A stretch of DNA of 64,000 nt. It comes from Anthoceros angustus (taxonomy: Eukaryota > Plantae > Anthocerotophyta). Made by a program: the position numbers and the translations under genes. The notes below the pieces were generated by a model that saw nothing but the letters and a program-made list of their open reading frames with translations, ran no database searches and was not told the origin of the DNA. Position 1 is the stretch's first letter; each line of letters begins with the position of its first letter. The stretch lies in contig MU008163.1 of the NCBI GenBank assembly GCA_010909165.1, positions 372,001 through 436,000 on the forward strand. The letters run 5' to 3'. Below are positions 63,001 to 64,000 of the stretch, piece after piece.

Positions 63001-64000
63001 AAACGAGGCTCAACGGCACTGGCCAACACATCAGCATGCACGTCCTGCCCAGTTTTTCGAGTGTGTTTTCCTTGCACCAGCCTGAAGGCACGCTATGCAA
63101 ACATGGCCATTCGGCTTCAGCATTTGACCTGGGCATCTGCTCATGAAGTCTTACCGCCTGCTTATATATCGTCCTTGCCGAACATGCGCAGAATCTTTAT
63201 GGAAGACCACATGAAGGCAGAAATTATGGATGACCACATGAAGGCAGAAATTATGGATGACCACATGAAGGCATCTGGCTTGTCCACCATGCTGAACACT
63301 CAAATAGCTTCTTTCAACCTTCTTTCATGAACAGCATACATCCGCAGCACTCTGTTGGATGCTCTGAAATTTCTGCATAAGAAATCACATCTGTGATGGG
63401 ACCCTCCTCTCATGCACTCGTTTTTCAGCGGACTACAAAATAGCATGCGCTATTAACCACAAGCAAGGGTGAAACAGATGTTCTCCACGATGGCCACACC
63501 TAGCCTCATGTCATCTCGCAAAAACGAAGAAACATCTGGCCTCTGTAACATGGAGAAGACGTCATTTGTGTGGCGAAAGCAAGCAATAAGATGGGCATCC
63601 CTCAATAGCACACCTGAGCAGATGGAGAACCCATCGAGGAAGCGTGAGCTGACACAGCCGATCTGGCAGCAAGGTCTCCAACCCTAAAACGACGTTCCAC
63701 AGAGAGACAAGGTTAGCAGTCCTGCAAGTCGTGATGGACATATGTGTTTGAAGTGGGTGCAACACCATGCGGTCTGCGCATGGTAAACAGGGATGCAACC
63801 CTGCAACTGTATCACTTGTCATGCCAGATGGCCAGGTGTTTTGGACAACAGCAGGAGGCGTTTCCTGGAGGGGTTCGAATTTCTTATTTTCCGAGTCTGA
63901 AATTAGGTAGGCCGTAAGATAACGAAGTTATGAACTGTTCTCCTAACCGTCTGGGTCCCAAGAAATAAACAAGGATCCTGAGCACTACCATCAGCAGTCT
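60020..64000 (+). repeat. Second copy of the 35150-39240 segment (runs off the window end)
   Basis: Collinear near-identity with 35150-39240. Confidence 0.93.
62190..63345 (-). pseudogene. PPR pseudogene fragment (duplicate of 37430-38590)
   Basis: Same KKQPGQSWW, GPDAVTIVGVLDACA and 27-bp repeat blocks. Confidence 0.85.

Overview
Eukaryotic land-plant nuclear DNA. It is probably a seed-free plant such as a hornwort (inference from ~80-130 bp introns, dense gene packing and a PLS-class PPR with a PGQSWW box). The first ~20 kb is gene-rich: an intronless truncated poly(A)-binding protein, a PPR fragment, a disrupted arginine decarboxylase (ADC), a 1067-aa PLS-E-DYW-like PPR, a divergent CSLA-like GT2, a GDSL lipase spliced in frame to a fasciclin (FAS1) domain, an oleosin and a tandem double-GNAT acetyltransferase. 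The remaining ~44 kb is a transposon and pseudogene mosaic: Copia pieces, LTRs, a LINE interrupted by a solo LTR, satellites, repeated ADC/PPR fragments and several indel-rich duplications that may partly be assembly artefacts. The main discovery candidate is at ~20.9-30 kb. A frameshifted minus-strand gene, invisible as one ORF, reassembles into a bacterial-type beta-class N6-adenine/N4-cytosine DNA methyltransferase with a possible ParB-like N-terminus. It lies divergent to a Sola-like DDD transposase and a possible Ulp1-type protease, which suggests a DNA transposon carrying its own amino-methyltransferase. All calls come from motif recognition by eye; no searches were run.
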